64,000 bases of DNA, from sequence record MF360958.1; one strand, 5' to 3'. Within the stretch, counting starts at the first letter, position 1, and each line of letters opens with the position of its first letter. Positions 48,201 to 57,352 of this stretch are shown one piece after another. A program made the position numbers and the translations under genes. The notes beneath the pieces are model-generated. The model made no database searches. It saw nothing but the letters and a program-made list of their open reading frames with translations, and was not told where the DNA came from.

Positions 48201-48955
48201 AAGAAGGTAAGTTCTATAAAGGGGATGAAAATACAAATGATGGATTACGTAAAAATAGTGCAACTGAATTGGTGAATAATAAAGATAATGACGGTAATAC
48301 ATATTCTGCCTATATAGGAAGATCATTTACTGAAAATGACCCAATGATATTCAAGTGGAGACACTATGCTAGTAGTGATCAGCGTATTGATATCAGCATA
48401 GGCAATATTATTGATATGTATGTATTAACTAGGTCGTATGATACTGCTGTAAGACTATGGCTTAAAAATCGTGAAGATATAGCGTATTTTCCTGAAGTTC
48501 CCACTTCAAATGAAATTAAAAATAATTTAGGATTTATTGAAAAAAATAAGTCTACGAGTGATCAAATTATATATGTTCCAGCACAATATAAGTTATTATT
48601 TGGTGAAGAAGCAGAACCAGAATATCAAGCGACGTTCAAGGTTATAAGATTGCCCGGAAGTAATTTAACAGATAATGAAATAAAATCTCGAATTATTGAT
48701 GCTATTAATGAGTATTTTAATATTGATAATTGGGATTTTGGTTCAGGATTTTATTATACAGAATTATCAAGTTTTATACATACACAATTAGTTGGTGAAA
48801 TAAAGTCTGTTGTAATAGTACCACGTATGGATGAATCTCGGTTTGGTGAATTATTTGAAATAAGATCCGAACCAAATGAATTATTTCTATCAACAGCTAA
48901 AGTTGACAATGTTGAAATTGTTAAGACTTATACAGATCACAATATTAGAAAATAA
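45230..48955 (+). CDS. gp6: Baseplate wedge subunit gp6-like
   Basis: YDYESI...L..Y, DLNARENFFDTAQRRESVIKLA..LSY.PKR, ESIDEIKRNAP..Y.TQDRMINGEDY. Confidence 0.88.
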   Translation: MSESIRQNNLFAAEDWKVIYNAFRNVNLQAYDYESIYNALIEYLKTNNPDEFNDYVQHSEMIAHINMLAYLGQSYAFRIDLNARENFFDTAQRRESVIKLAQGLSYKPKRNRAAQGLCKITSISTTEPVSDSNGNSLAGKEIVWNQINNANWFENFIRVLNRSFISINRYGEPIKNDTISGISTEIYAINEFNNSPIVYSFDASVNGQNYNFEVTGADIKNSVITEQEPNPESYFNLIYKNDGHGNNSENNGFFLYFKQGSLRYNDYQYTEPKPDRELTINENNINENDVWLQEINNDGTIKKSWKQIPSIVGQNIVYNNIVLDERNVYAVNTLKNNQINLKFSDGNFGNVPLGLYRVWYRISENESYIIRPNHITDKTITIPYIGIDNERYNLTLKFSLEYTIDNAESEESIDEIKRNAPLSYYTQDRMINGEDYNIYPITQSNVIRKIKSVNRTHAGYSRYIDITDPTGSHSNITVIGEDGYIFKDNFFKTLSQRIESNTNYDAIIKSKIEPLLKDYGFENFYYHDVRQTILSDELDNLGGYGSDYFQYEQERYVWKSLPKNDYNNTGYIVDTFSGENIPIGESSGDDKQKLIRENTKILFMNNYGEEKWTTILNVTDNGLVNLRFMTVGNIELSDNIQDDWYIKEVIPGIRKVFNNSERLKIEQQMKNNRSFGLRFDFVNNDWVIIEQDNIGEKQNREDYNLLAPNSPNDVDNRWLMRAFYNNDQGTKKYYFEFRSLRYIFGSDKEVRFFFKNSGNIIDYETGKLVKDYISILSSNTDRKNVNNSTKKGRAVLAHMYTSPTHNSNTEYDITNIVPYNTNYGNVRLYTVGRKLIKNWFIRFENNRTYLSINDNLIPDNTTTPFKITDIVDVFDFEQEDTKLKRSYDFELNDYFIKQDGIVDYSKIHVKPYVNEYDNIPEYPLAFEDIVDLNSYIFFKSYKDFDNIIYDRIDNNIKVLNDNTTRIEPNVVYYCNNDIEINNINGDKIYYEEGKFYKGDENTNDGLRKNSATELVNNKDNDGNTYSAYIGRSFTENDPMIFKWRHYASSDQRIDISIGNIIDMYVLTRSYDTAVRLWLKNREDIAYFPEVPTSNEIKNNLGFIEKNKSTSDQIIYVPAQYKLLFGEEAEPEYQATFKVIRLPGSNLTDNEIKSRIIDAINEYFNIDNWDFGSGFYYTELSSFIHTQLVGEIKSVVIVPRMDESRFGELFEIRSEPNELFLSTAKVDNVEIVKTYTDHNIRK

Positions 48956-48967
48956 ACAGGTAAGAGT

Positions 48968-50329
48968 ATGACAATAGCAAAAAGTCAATATTTTTATGAT
49001 AAACAGATTCGTCGTTATTTGCTTCAAGCAATTAGAATGTTCTCGGGATTTTCTGTTTATGATGGTAAAAATAACAACAATGAAGATACATTTAAAATGA
49101 TCCCTTGTACATATGCGGATATGACACGTCTTGGTGCAACCTATTTAAGTAATAATAGTCAGAATATGCTTAATAGCGCACCAAGTATGGCTATTCATGT
49201 TACTGATTTTCAACCATTGCCCGAGTATCGTCATGCACCACATTATGAAGGTAATAGTTATTTCACTCAAAAACAGAAAGACAGTAATGGTAATTATATA
49301 AATAAACCCGGTAAAAAATATCATGTTCAGCAGTTAATGCCTGTTCCTTTCTCGATGACATTGAATTTGGATATATGGACAACCAGTACTGATCAAAAGT
49401 TAGAAATTTTAGAACAATTACTGGTATGGTTTAATCCGGGTTATGAATTTCTAGTAAATTCATCACCTTTTGATATGGGGCGTGTATGTAATATTGAGCT
49501 TGAAAACATTCAATGGACTTCACGAAGTGTTCCAGAATCTACTTCTGTAGAAATTGATATCGCTACATTAACGTTTAAGCTTTATCCAATATTCATCACA
49601 AGTCCGGGAAAAATTATGCGTCAAACACTTATACATAATATTCAAATTAATAATCATCTTACTGAAGATATTTTATCCAACACATTAGATGATATTTTTG
49701 AAAATAATAATATAGAAACAAGTAATATTGTTGTATCGCCTAGTGGGTATAAACTTGAAGTTTATAAAGATAGTGGTGAATATTTTGCACGGTTAGTTAG
49801 CCCTCAGGGTTATGGAAATTGGTCAGAATTATTTGATACTTATGGAGAGGTTGTTGAGAATGAAACTTTCATAAAAATAAGACAATCAGCAGATGCGGAA
49901 GATGACCGTCATGATATATATGCTACTTATGAAAATACCGGTGATGATCAAGTAATAAAACTTAATTTTGATATTGATACATTCCGCCCTACAACAATAG
50001 ATCCAGTTAATAAGATAATAAATCCCAATAATGGTATTCCAAGTGATGCTGAAATTGGTTCTCGATACTTAATAGCTGATGAGATAACAATTGCTGATTG
50101 GGGCATCAACGCTAATATGTGGGATATTATTGAATTGAATAGCAATGGGGATTGGTTTATCGATTTTGACAGCCAGAATGAATCTGAGGTACAATATGTC
50201 AAGAATCTGAAGAGAATGGACCTTTATGTGTTTCTTCCTGAAGACAAAGAATGGATTGCAGCTGTTCTTGGTGTTTACGAGGAAGGATATTGGTTATTCG
50301 ATGTGCAAAAGGTTCAGCCTTGTCAATAA
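48968..50329 (+). CDS. gp15: Tail sheath stabiliser/terminator gp15-like
   Basis: QYFYDKQIRRY..Q.IR.FSGF; MPVPFSM...L.IWT...DQKLEILEQ....FNP. Confidence 0.7.
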   Translation: MTIAKSQYFYDKQIRRYLLQAIRMFSGFSVYDGKNNNNEDTFKMIPCTYADMTRLGATYLSNNSQNMLNSAPSMAIHVTDFQPLPEYRHAPHYEGNSYFTQKQKDSNGNYINKPGKKYHVQQLMPVPFSMTLNLDIWTTSTDQKLEILEQLLVWFNPGYEFLVNSSPFDMGRVCNIELENIQWTSRSVPESTSVEIDIATLTFKLYPIFITSPGKIMRQTLIHNIQINNHLTEDILSNTLDDIFENNNIETSNIVVSPSGYKLEVYKDSGEYFARLVSPQGYGNWSELFDTYGEVVENETFIKIRQSADAEDDRHDIYATYENTGDDQVIKLNFDIDTFRPTTIDPVNKIINPNNGIPSDAEIGSRYLIADEITIADWGINANMWDIIELNSNGDWFIDFDSQNESEVQYVKNLKRMDLYVFLPEDKEWIAAVLGVYEEGYWLFDVQKVQPCQ

Positions 50330-50348
50330 AATAAATTGAGGAAGAAAT

Positions 50349-50768
50349 ATGTCTAAAATGAAAAAGCGATCCGGTTTATTACTTTTTTACATCGCCCCGA
50401 AGTCGGGCGATGTATACTTTCGTTGTATGATCCCTTCTGATGCTAAATACGGTGGTCTTTCCCCTCAGATCCCTAAAGGGCGCATAGAGGAAAACTATAA
50501 TAAGCGCGAAACTGCTATAAAAGAGACACAGGAAGAAGCTGGTTTATTGATTCATAATTTAAAATGGGTATATCATTTTAGAGATTATGAAGACATGAAA
50601 CTCTCTATATTTTATGGTACAGTAGAAAATCCTTCTGACTTTGGTGATTGGGATTGGGAAACAGAATGGTCTGGTTGGGTTAATTTTGATAAACAATCAG
50701 AATACATTCGCGAAACACAGTATCATATATTCAAAGAAGTATATGATCATATTAAAAAGGAACACTAA
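50349..50768 (+). CDS. Nudix hydrolase 1
   Basis: PKGRIEENYNKRETAIKETQEEAGL Nudix box (K in place of the usual R). Confidence 0.8.
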   Translation: MSKMKKRSGLLLFYIAPKSGDVYFRCMIPSDAKYGGLSPQIPKGRIEENYNKRETAIKETQEEAGLLIHNLKWVYHFRDYEDMKLSIFYGTVENPSDFGDWDWETEWSGWVNFDKQSEYIRETQYHIFKEVYDHIKKEH

Positions 50769-51295
50769 TGCGATTAGATAATGTAGATAATGTAGATAAT
50801 GTAGATAGAATTTTATTTGAGAGTGATCCTGACGAAGTTCACCGTCAAGAATTGGAAAAGACCGGTTTTTGGGGGAAGAAAGGAGCGGGATGTTTGTTGT
50901 ATAGTGTACAAACAGATACCTTTTTATTTCTTCAACGTTCTGCTGTCGTAGAACAACCTCATACATGGAATCTTGCAGGTGGTGCTATAGATCCTGAAGA
51001 AAATTCCAAAAAAGCTGCAATTCGAGAGTTATATGAAGAAACACAAATTAATGTTTCGGAACAAAATACCCACCTTATTCATACCTATAAAGATGATAAT
51101 TCATCATTTGTTTTCTTCAATTTTTTAAGTGTTATTGACAATGAGCAACAACCTGTATTAAATTGGGAAAATAAGGATTACGTATGGGAAAGCATTGATA
51201 ATCATCCAGAGCCTTTACACTTTGGTTTAAAAGAATTTTTGTTTGACCAGAAAGTTCTTGAGAAAATCAAAAATATTATTGACAAGTACCAGTAA
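50768..51295 (+). CDS. Nudix hydrolase 2
   Basis: TWNLAGGAIDPEENSKKAAIRELYEETQI Nudix box; leader MRLDNVDNVDNVDRILFE. Confidence 0.88.
   Translation: MRLDNVDNVDNVDRILFESDPDEVHRQELEKTGFWGKKGAGCLLYSVQTDTFLFLQRSAVVEQPHTWNLAGGAIDPEENSKKAAIRELYEETQINVSEQNTHLIHTYKDDNSSFVFFNFLSVIDNEQQPVLNWENKDYVWESIDNHPEPLHFGLKEFLFDQKVLEKIKNIIDKYQ
50775..50801. repeat. 9-bp tandem repeat x3 (TAGATAATG)
   Basis: Encodes DNV repeats in the Nudix 2 leader. Confidence 0.85.
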
Positions 51296-51350
51296 AATCC
51301 TTACACTATAATAAGTAAACTTAACAAACCAATCAAAGAGGTAGTTAGTT

Positions 51351-51596
51351 ATGGATATCACAGCATATACTCGTGGTTACAATCATGGCATCGATACTGT
51401 TGACCGGTATATTTCTGTTCATATTGATCAGAATGAATCTTATGATGAAATCATGGCGAAATATGATGATGAAGCCGAAAAAATGCAAGAACAGGGATTT
51501 CCTGAAGACTATGTGGATGGATATGCGGATGGTTACGAGCAGCGCCTGAAAGAGTACGAAGATGGCGTTGAAGTTGGAAACGCAGTAGCTGGTTAA
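51351..51596 (+). CDS. Small acidic early protein with Y..GY..G repeats
   Basis: TTGACA-N17-TACACT (51279-51307), GAGG RBS. Confidence 0.7.
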   Translation: MDITAYTRGYNHGIDTVDRYISVHIDQNESYDEIMAKYDDEAEKMQEQGFPEDYVDGYADGYEQRLKEYEDGVEVGNAVAG

Positions 51597-51613
51597 CGCA
51601 TACCACTAGATTA

Positions 51614-51642
51614 AATACCACCTTCAAGACGAAGGTGGTATT
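51614..51642 (+). terminator. Hairpin terminator/attenuator
   Basis: AATACCACCTTC-AAGAC-GAAGGTGGTATT. Confidence 0.7.
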
Positions 51643-51678
51643 GTCGTTTCTAATAAATAAAAACTTGGAGAATATAAT

Positions 51679-54213
51679 ATGTCAGTAAAAGCAGAAAAAG
51701 CCGTTAAAAATATGAATGAACATACCATTATGATTAACAACACTCTCTATATTCCTAATAGTGAGATTGTTGATCGAAACCATAAAAAAGCAGCTACTCC
51801 AAGGGCTGTTATGCAACTCGTAGCCGAACTGGCAAACTATGGATTTCTAGTAGATGAACATCTAAAAAATACATTATTCTGTACTAAACATTCTTATCTC
51901 GTTCAAAACCGTGATATTATTCTTAACACTGCGAAATCGGCAAAAGGTGATAATGTTTCTCTCATTCCTCTTTTTGATAAATTCCCTTCTAGTACACCTA
52001 AAAATGATGAATATTATCTTCTTCGTATTATTAGCAAATTTGAAGAACTGTTTGGTATTCAAACCACAGATCGCGTCAAATTATCTTGTGGATGTTCCGT
52101 TAACAAAAATTATTTTGAGATTAATACATTTAACAAATGCCCCGTGTGTCAATGTCATGCAGAAGAGCTTTATACCGAATCAAGCAATTCTCAGGCAATT
52201 GAATCATTAGATAAAAATGATATGCCTGAACCGTTTAGGCTTACTCATTGTGATGAAGACGATCTATATGGGATGATTGAAAGTATTGTAACAAGTACTA
52301 CATCTGTTACTAAATCTTCAAAGCTGTTCTTTATAGATTACATCGCTGATTGCAATAGTTCTGCTTTAAAAGAACTATGTTCAAAATCTATTTATTTTAA
52401 GGATACACTATCTATCATTGCTTATTTTGTTGTTAATAGTCGCGATTTTGATAATAAAGAAAAAGTATCTCTATTAGATAATAATGTTACCAGTGCAAAT
52501 GATATTTTTAGAATTGCGCATACTGTTAATAATCACGAGAGCTATACTTCACAATTCAAATCTGAAAAGAAAAATATCGATATTGATAATAATAGTTTTT
52601 ATATGGTCACTGAAAATAATGACCATATTAATAAAAAATATCCTTTTAAATTTACAAATACATCACGAAAGGTTCTAATGGGTCTTCTGGATACGATCAA
52701 AAATCCTTATGAGGATATGAAATCGAATCGTGAACAATGGCTTCGAATGGCAGAACAAATTCATCCGACATCTGCGGATATGAAAAAGCGTTATTCAAAA
52801 GCAGCGTATGCATTCAAGGTACTTCGTAATGATGAGAAAACTATAAAGTCATTCAACGCAATGATTGATGGTTATTTTGAACAGCTAAAAACCGAAACAG
52901 ATGACATTAGTAACGTTATCTCCATTGCTGAAAAAGCGTTTTGTGAAACATTTACTAAGCGTCCCGGTGTAATGGTTCGTAATATGGACCGTATTCTGCG
53001 CGAGACAGATGCCGCTATGAAGCGCGTACCTAATAATGACAACAGTACTGATCTTATTGGACTCATCCTTGATAGCCTTAAAGGTCATTATCAAGATCTA
53101 GATTTCCGGGGTGTTATTAGCGCACGTGACCATTTTGCAAAGCGTATGGAAGGTGGTGAAGATTACCGAATTTTCTCACCTGCAAAAAGCTCACGTAAGT
53201 TTGTCAAAGAAAGCGAACTAGAAATACTTGATCATGATATTTGTAAACGCGCTATTGAATGTTTTGAGGATATCATTTATCTGAAACTTCGTGATAATAA
53301 AGAACACGATCCTATTGAACAATATTTTGATGGTGACTCTCATACGGGCATTTATATTGATCCAGCGCTTTATAAGGAAAAAATGCCTATCTATCTCAGA
53401 ACTGAGAAAGAAAGCCTTTATGTGATGGAGACATATTCATCAATTGATATCGATTCTAATTATGATGTTGTTCGAGCATTCACGTATTGGGATGAAAATA
53501 AAGATGCTCAAGGTGAAGATAAAGAAAAAAGTAATAACACATTCTTTGATAGTAACCGTGTTGATATTGATCTTTCCATGAAATTGTTTAGTTCAAATTC
53601 AACAAGAGTAGGTGATGTCTGTTCTTATATGGATTTAATAGGTAAAATTGTTGATATGATCCATTCTGGTGACATCCAACAAGGCCCCGGTGCAGAGTTC
53701 ATTGATATTAATATTAATTCAGCTATTAGAAATGATTGCCAATACGGCATTGGATTTATCAATTCTTATACGGGTCAGGCTTTTGATAACTATTATTGCT
53801 TTGCGGGTTTAATGTTCAGAAAATATACAGACACGAACAATAGTTCTAAACGAGAAGCTAAAGGAAAACGTTTTGATATCAATACAGTACATCATAAATT
53901 TGATATCACTGGTGGTTATAACTCAACCATTCCGTATATTCTTGATTTTAAAAATCGAAAAATGATTATTGTGAATTTTAATCAATCATTAAAAATGTTT
54001 TCTAATGTTGAAACCAATGAAAGTAACGAAAGGTTATTCCTGAATCATGCCCTTATTAATGAACGTAATAACATGAGTATTGGTAAATATATGGAATTGT
54101 TTTTAAAAGCTAAAGGGTATGAAGTTTCTAATGAAGAAGCAGACAATACATTAACTATTGATAAAACTCTTGTAGGACATGTTAATCAATTTTCTCAAAC
54201 ATGGATGAGTTAA
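51679..54213 (+). CDS. TerD-domain stress-cluster protein with an N-terminal Cys-rich motif
   Basis: CGC...CPVC; REQWLRMAEQIHP; RPG..R..D..LR; C-terminal VDIDLS...HSGDI..GP.AEFIDI...INSYTGQ.F TerD-like fold. Confidence 0.7.
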   Translation: MSVKAEKAVKNMNEHTIMINNTLYIPNSEIVDRNHKKAATPRAVMQLVAELANYGFLVDEHLKNTLFCTKHSYLVQNRDIILNTAKSAKGDNVSLIPLFDKFPSSTPKNDEYYLLRIISKFEELFGIQTTDRVKLSCGCSVNKNYFEINTFNKCPVCQCHAEELYTESSNSQAIESLDKNDMPEPFRLTHCDEDDLYGMIESIVTSTTSVTKSSKLFFIDYIADCNSSALKELCSKSIYFKDTLSIIAYFVVNSRDFDNKEKVSLLDNNVTSANDIFRIAHTVNNHESYTSQFKSEKKNIDIDNNSFYMVTENNDHINKKYPFKFTNTSRKVLMGLLDTIKNPYEDMKSNREQWLRMAEQIHPTSADMKKRYSKAAYAFKVLRNDEKTIKSFNAMIDGYFEQLKTETDDISNVISIAEKAFCETFTKRPGVMVRNMDRILRETDAAMKRVPNNDNSTDLIGLILDSLKGHYQDLDFRGVISARDHFAKRMEGGEDYRIFSPAKSSRKFVKESELEILDHDICKRAIECFEDIIYLKLRDNKEHDPIEQYFDGDSHTGIYIDPALYKEKMPIYLRTEKESLYVMETYSSIDIDSNYDVVRAFTYWDENKDAQGEDKEKSNNTFFDSNRVDIDLSMKLFSSNSTRVGDVCSYMDLIGKIVDMIHSGDIQQGPGAEFIDININSAIRNDCQYGIGFINSYTGQAFDNYYCFAGLMFRKYTDTNNSSKREAKGKRFDINTVHHKFDITGGYNSTIPYILDFKNRKMIIVNFNQSLKMFSNVETNESNERLFLNHALINERNNMSIGKYMELFLKAKGYEVSNEEADNTLTIDKTLVGHVNQFSQTWMS

Positions 54214-54286
54214 CTTTTAATAGAATGTGATTGACATTTATATAATACTTTAGTTATAATTATATTAGTTAAGTTGGAGAAGAAAC

Positions 54287-54619
54287 ATGAGCTTTTATCT
54301 TATTAAAGATTGTGATAATTCGCAATTTATAGTCGAATCTTCCAATAGTGATGAAAATCAGTTTACTGTCAAAGCTAAAGATATTACGTCTTTGAAAGAA
54401 TTAAATGATACTATTACGAATTCTGAATTTCACAATAGTGATTTTTATCGAGCCACGATTATATCTGAATTTGATATTGAACGACAAAATAAAAGTTATG
54501 AAATTGATGTTTATAATGTAAATATTATAGGATATCAAGTTGTATCTAATGGAATTATTCGCCATTCAAATTTAAGTTCTGATGAAGCCATTTCAGCAGT
54601 TGCATTTTATGCACAGTAA
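54287..54619 (+). CDS. Hypothetical early protein
   Basis: TTGACA box and GGAG RBS upstream. Confidence 0.65.
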   Translation: MSFYLIKDCDNSQFIVESSNSDENQFTVKAKDITSLKELNDTITNSEFHNSDFYRATIISEFDIERQNKSYEIDVYNVNIIGYQVVSNGIIRHSNLSSDEAISAVAFYAQ

Positions 54620-54647
54620 TTTTTTCTAAAAAAATAGTAGAAAGGTG

Positions 54648-54676
54648 TTGACGAGGGTAATATTTATAGATATAAT
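54648..54676 (+). promoter_or_regulatory. Strong early promoter TTGACG-N17-TATAAT with A/T-tract UP element
   Basis: Consensus hexamers, upstream TTTTTCTAAAAAAA tract. Confidence 0.75.
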
Positions 54677-54742
54677 ATTTACAGAATTTGAGGAAAAGCC
54701 CTCAAAAACACCTAAACCAAAATTGTACAGGAGATTGACACT

Positions 54743-55024
54743 ATGACTAACGAAACTACTACTCAAACTGTTACCGCTACTCGCCGTGGTCGTCCGCTTA
54801 GCACTAAGGGCCGTAAAGCACGAAACGCAGTACTTCGCATCCTGAACAGCGAGCAAGGCACACAGGGCGTCACTGCCAAGGACATTGCACGGCAAGGTAA
54901 AATGAGTGCTACAGCAGTGCGTAACCGCCTCAATGCGCTGGAACGTGCTGGTAAAGTGGTAAAGGTCGGTGTACGCAAAAGTGATGGTAAAGGCCGTCCT
55001 CAAGCTGTCTACGTTAAAGCATAA
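54743..55024 (+). CDS. Winged helix-turn-helix DNA-binding protein with GRP (AT-hook-like) ends
   Basis: VLRIL...VTAKDIA....MSATAVRNRLNALERAGKV...GKGRPQAVY; RRGRP; AGGAG RBS; markedly GC-richer than flanks. Confidence 0.85.
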   Translation: MTNETTTQTVTATRRGRPLSTKGRKARNAVLRILNSEQGTQGVTAKDIARQGKMSATAVRNRLNALERAGKVVKVGVRKSDGKGRPQAVYVKA

Positions 55025-55075
55025 AAGGGTTTACTCCTTCTTGCCCGGTTGGTATGCGATGATGTAGACAGTATA

Positions 55076-55104
55076 AAAAGCCCCTCACTTGAGGGGCTTT
55101 TTTA
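55076..55104. terminator. Bidirectional terminator
   Basis: AAAAGCCCCTC-ACTT-GAGGGGCTTTT. Confidence 0.88.
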
Positions 55105-56052
55105 TTATTTCCAAAATCCTGCACCTACTGTGCCGGGATCAACTGCTAGACCCCATAGAATGTCATTATTACTATCATATTTCCATAATTCATTTCCTAA
55201 GCTATTTAATTTTCGTAGTGTTTTACCAGAAGAACTGCTATAAATATTACCGTTTTGATCTACTACTACACTATGTATGCTATTAGTATGATTGGTAAAT
55301 TGCCACAATTCGTTACCTGAACTATCTATTTTACGTACTGTCTGATCAGCAGAACCACTATAAACATTGCCATTATTATCTACTGCTACTGATCGAACAT
55401 CACTAGTATGATTGGTAAATTGCCACAATTCGTTACCTGAACTATCTATTTTACGTACTGTCTGATCAGCAGAACCACTATAAACATTGCCATTATTATC
55501 TACTGTTATTGAATAAACACTACTAGTATGATTGGTAAACTGCCATAATTCATTACCTGAACTATCTATTTTACGTACTGTTTGATCAGATGAAGCACTA
55601 TAAACATTGCCATTATTATCTACTGCTACTGATCGAACACCACTGGTATGATTAGTAAATTGCCATAACTCGTTACCTGAACTATCTATTTTACGTACTG
55701 TATTATCAAAAGAACCACTATAAACATTGCCATCGCTATCTACAGCTACTGATCGAATACTATCAGTGTGATTGTTAAAATTCCATATTTCATTACCTGA
55801 ACTATCTATTTTACGTACTGTTCTATCAACAGAACCACTATAAACATTGCCATCGCTATCTACAGCTACTGATCGAATACTATCAGTGTGATTGTTAAAA
55901 TTCCATATTTCATTACCTGAACTATCTATTTTATAAACTAAATTATTATTAATATCACCAACATACACATTAGGATTTTTAATAATATCACTTAGTGATT
56001 TTTTTACTTTAACTTCTCCGTTAAATGATATATTATTTGCTTTTAGACTCAT
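55105..56052 (-). CDS. Seven-bladed WD40/PQQ-like beta-propeller, late gene
   Basis: 40-aa repeat KIDSSGNE.W.F.NHT..VRSVAVD..GNVYSGS.D.TVR; AATAAATA late box at 56079-56086; GGAGG RBS. Confidence 0.85.
   Translation of the reverse strand: MSLKANNISFNGEVKVKKSLSDIIKNPNVYVGDINNNLVYKIDSSGNEIWNFNNHTDSIRSVAVDSDGNVYSGSVDRTVRKIDSSGNEIWNFNNHTDSIRSVAVDSDGNVYSGSFDNTVRKIDSSGNELWQFTNHTSGVRSVAVDNNGNVYSASSDQTVRKIDSSGNELWQFTNHTSSVYSITVDNNGNVYSGSADQTVRKIDSSGNELWQFTNHTSDVRSVAVDNNGNVYSGSADQTVRKIDSSGNELWQFTNHTNSIHSVVVDQNGNIYSSSSGKTLRKLNSLGNELWKYDSNNDILWGLAVDPGTVGAGFWK
55200..55935. repeat. 120-bp coding tandem repeat, about 6 highly similar copies
   Basis: TTACCTGAACTATCTATTTTA recurs every 120 nt; 55321-55380 equals 55441-55500 and 55741-55800 equals 55861-55920. 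Confidence 0.95.
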
Positions 56053-56297
56053 TTTATTTTTCCTCCTTGATTTTTATGTATTTATTAAAATTTAGTAAAA
56101 ATTAGTAATATAGTTATGAGATTGTTATAAATTTTGATATAAAAGTATACGGTAATGATGATCAAATTTATGATTCAATTAATAGTTATAGCAAAGATAA
56201 TGTTTTATTTATTATAAAGCAGAAATTTTACTACAACCCCCTTTACATTGCTTTTAATTTTAGATATACTAATTTTAGTTAATCGGGAGATATAGTC

Positions 56298-56504
56298 ATG
56301 GCAAAACAGTATAATTTTCGTAAAACTTCCCATAATACTTTTAAAACCAAAATCGATGTATTTGGTAAGACTTACGATGTATCTGTTCACAAAAATGGAA
56401 CCCGGTGGAATGCTAAAGCGGAGGGTTTTTGTTCATCTTCTGGCGATACCAAACGTTTTGCAGTTGTCCATCTTGAAAAAGCCATGAAGTTTCAAGCTAA
56501 ATAG
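56298..56504 (+). CDS. Small basic early protein
   Basis: GGAG RBS, 68 aa. Confidence 0.65.
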   Translation: MAKQYNFRKTSHNTFKTKIDVFGKTYDVSVHKNGTRWNAKAEGFCSSSGDTKRFAVVHLEKAMKFQAK

Positions 56505-56525
56505 TCCTATTGAGAGGATTCTAAT

Positions 56526-57332
56526 ATGTCTAATAAAATTTTCATCTACTTTTCTGATCTTCATCTTGATGTAGGAAATCCTAATCGTCATGATCACATC
56601 TTTGAAGCTATCGAAAAAATTTCAAAGAAAAATATCAACTGTGAAATTAATATTCTTCTTGCAGGCGATCTCTGTGAAGCTAGAAACATTGATACAATGA
56701 TTTCCTTTTTTGAAACACTATCGCCCATGGTTGATCGTATCTTCTATAGTTTTGGTAATCATGAATATCATCATAATACAGTCGATACGGTTATTGATGA
56801 AACCAAGTCAATTATCTCTAAGCATTTTGATAATGTTTGCATTCTTGAGAATGAAATATTTGAAGATGAAGAATTTGTTATTATTGGGTCAGTATTTTGG
56901 ACTAATTATGATAATAACAATGTCAGATGTATGAAAATAGCAGAAGACTGTTTAAATGATTTTAATACTATTAATTGTAATACTTCAAACATTCGCCGTA
57001 TCAAACCTATTGATATCATTGGTTTACACAATCAAAGCTATTATTATATTGAAAATAGTATTAATAAGTATTCAGATACTGACAAGACAATTATCGTAAT
57101 GACTCATCACAGTCCTATCAATTGTCATAATCGTAATTTGGAAGGATTGGATTATGCATTTTGTAATGAATATGAAAATAAAATTGCCTATGGTGGTTTG
57201 GAACCCTCCTATTGGATTTTTGGTCATACGCATGTTCAATACGATCAAAATATTGGTAATTGTCGCATTTTGTCAAATGGGTTGGGATATGATCACGAAC
57301 TACATAAGAATGTTAAGTGGTTTACAATTTAA
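56526..57332 (+). CDS. Calcineurin-like metallophosphoesterase
   Basis: SDLHLD, AGD, GNHE, THH, GHTH motifs. Confidence 0.92.
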   Translation: MSNKIFIYFSDLHLDVGNPNRHDHIFEAIEKISKKNINCEINILLAGDLCEARNIDTMISFFETLSPMVDRIFYSFGNHEYHHNTVDTVIDETKSIISKHFDNVCILENEIFEDEEFVIIGSVFWTNYDNNNVRCMKIAEDCLNDFNTINCNTSNIRRIKPIDIIGLHNQSYYYIENSINKYSDTDKTIIVMTHHSPINCHNRNLEGLDYAFCNEYENKIAYGGLEPSYWIFGHTHVQYDQNIGNCRILSNGLGYDHELHKNVKWFTI

Positions 57333-57352
57333 GGCGGCGTAATACCGCCTTA
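57330..57352. terminator. Hairpin between convergent genes
   Basis: TAAGGCGG-CGTAATA-CCGCCTTA. Confidence 0.7.

Noticed and set aside
54626-55003. Minus-strand ORFs opposite the wHTH gene
   Set aside because: Result of the locally higher GC; the plus-strand gene has promoter, RBS, terminator and a recognisable fold
55200-55935. 120-bp repeats as a CRISPR array or DGR template/variable repeats
   Set aside because: In-frame coding repeats without unique spacers; differences are not restricted to adenines and no reverse transcriptase is present
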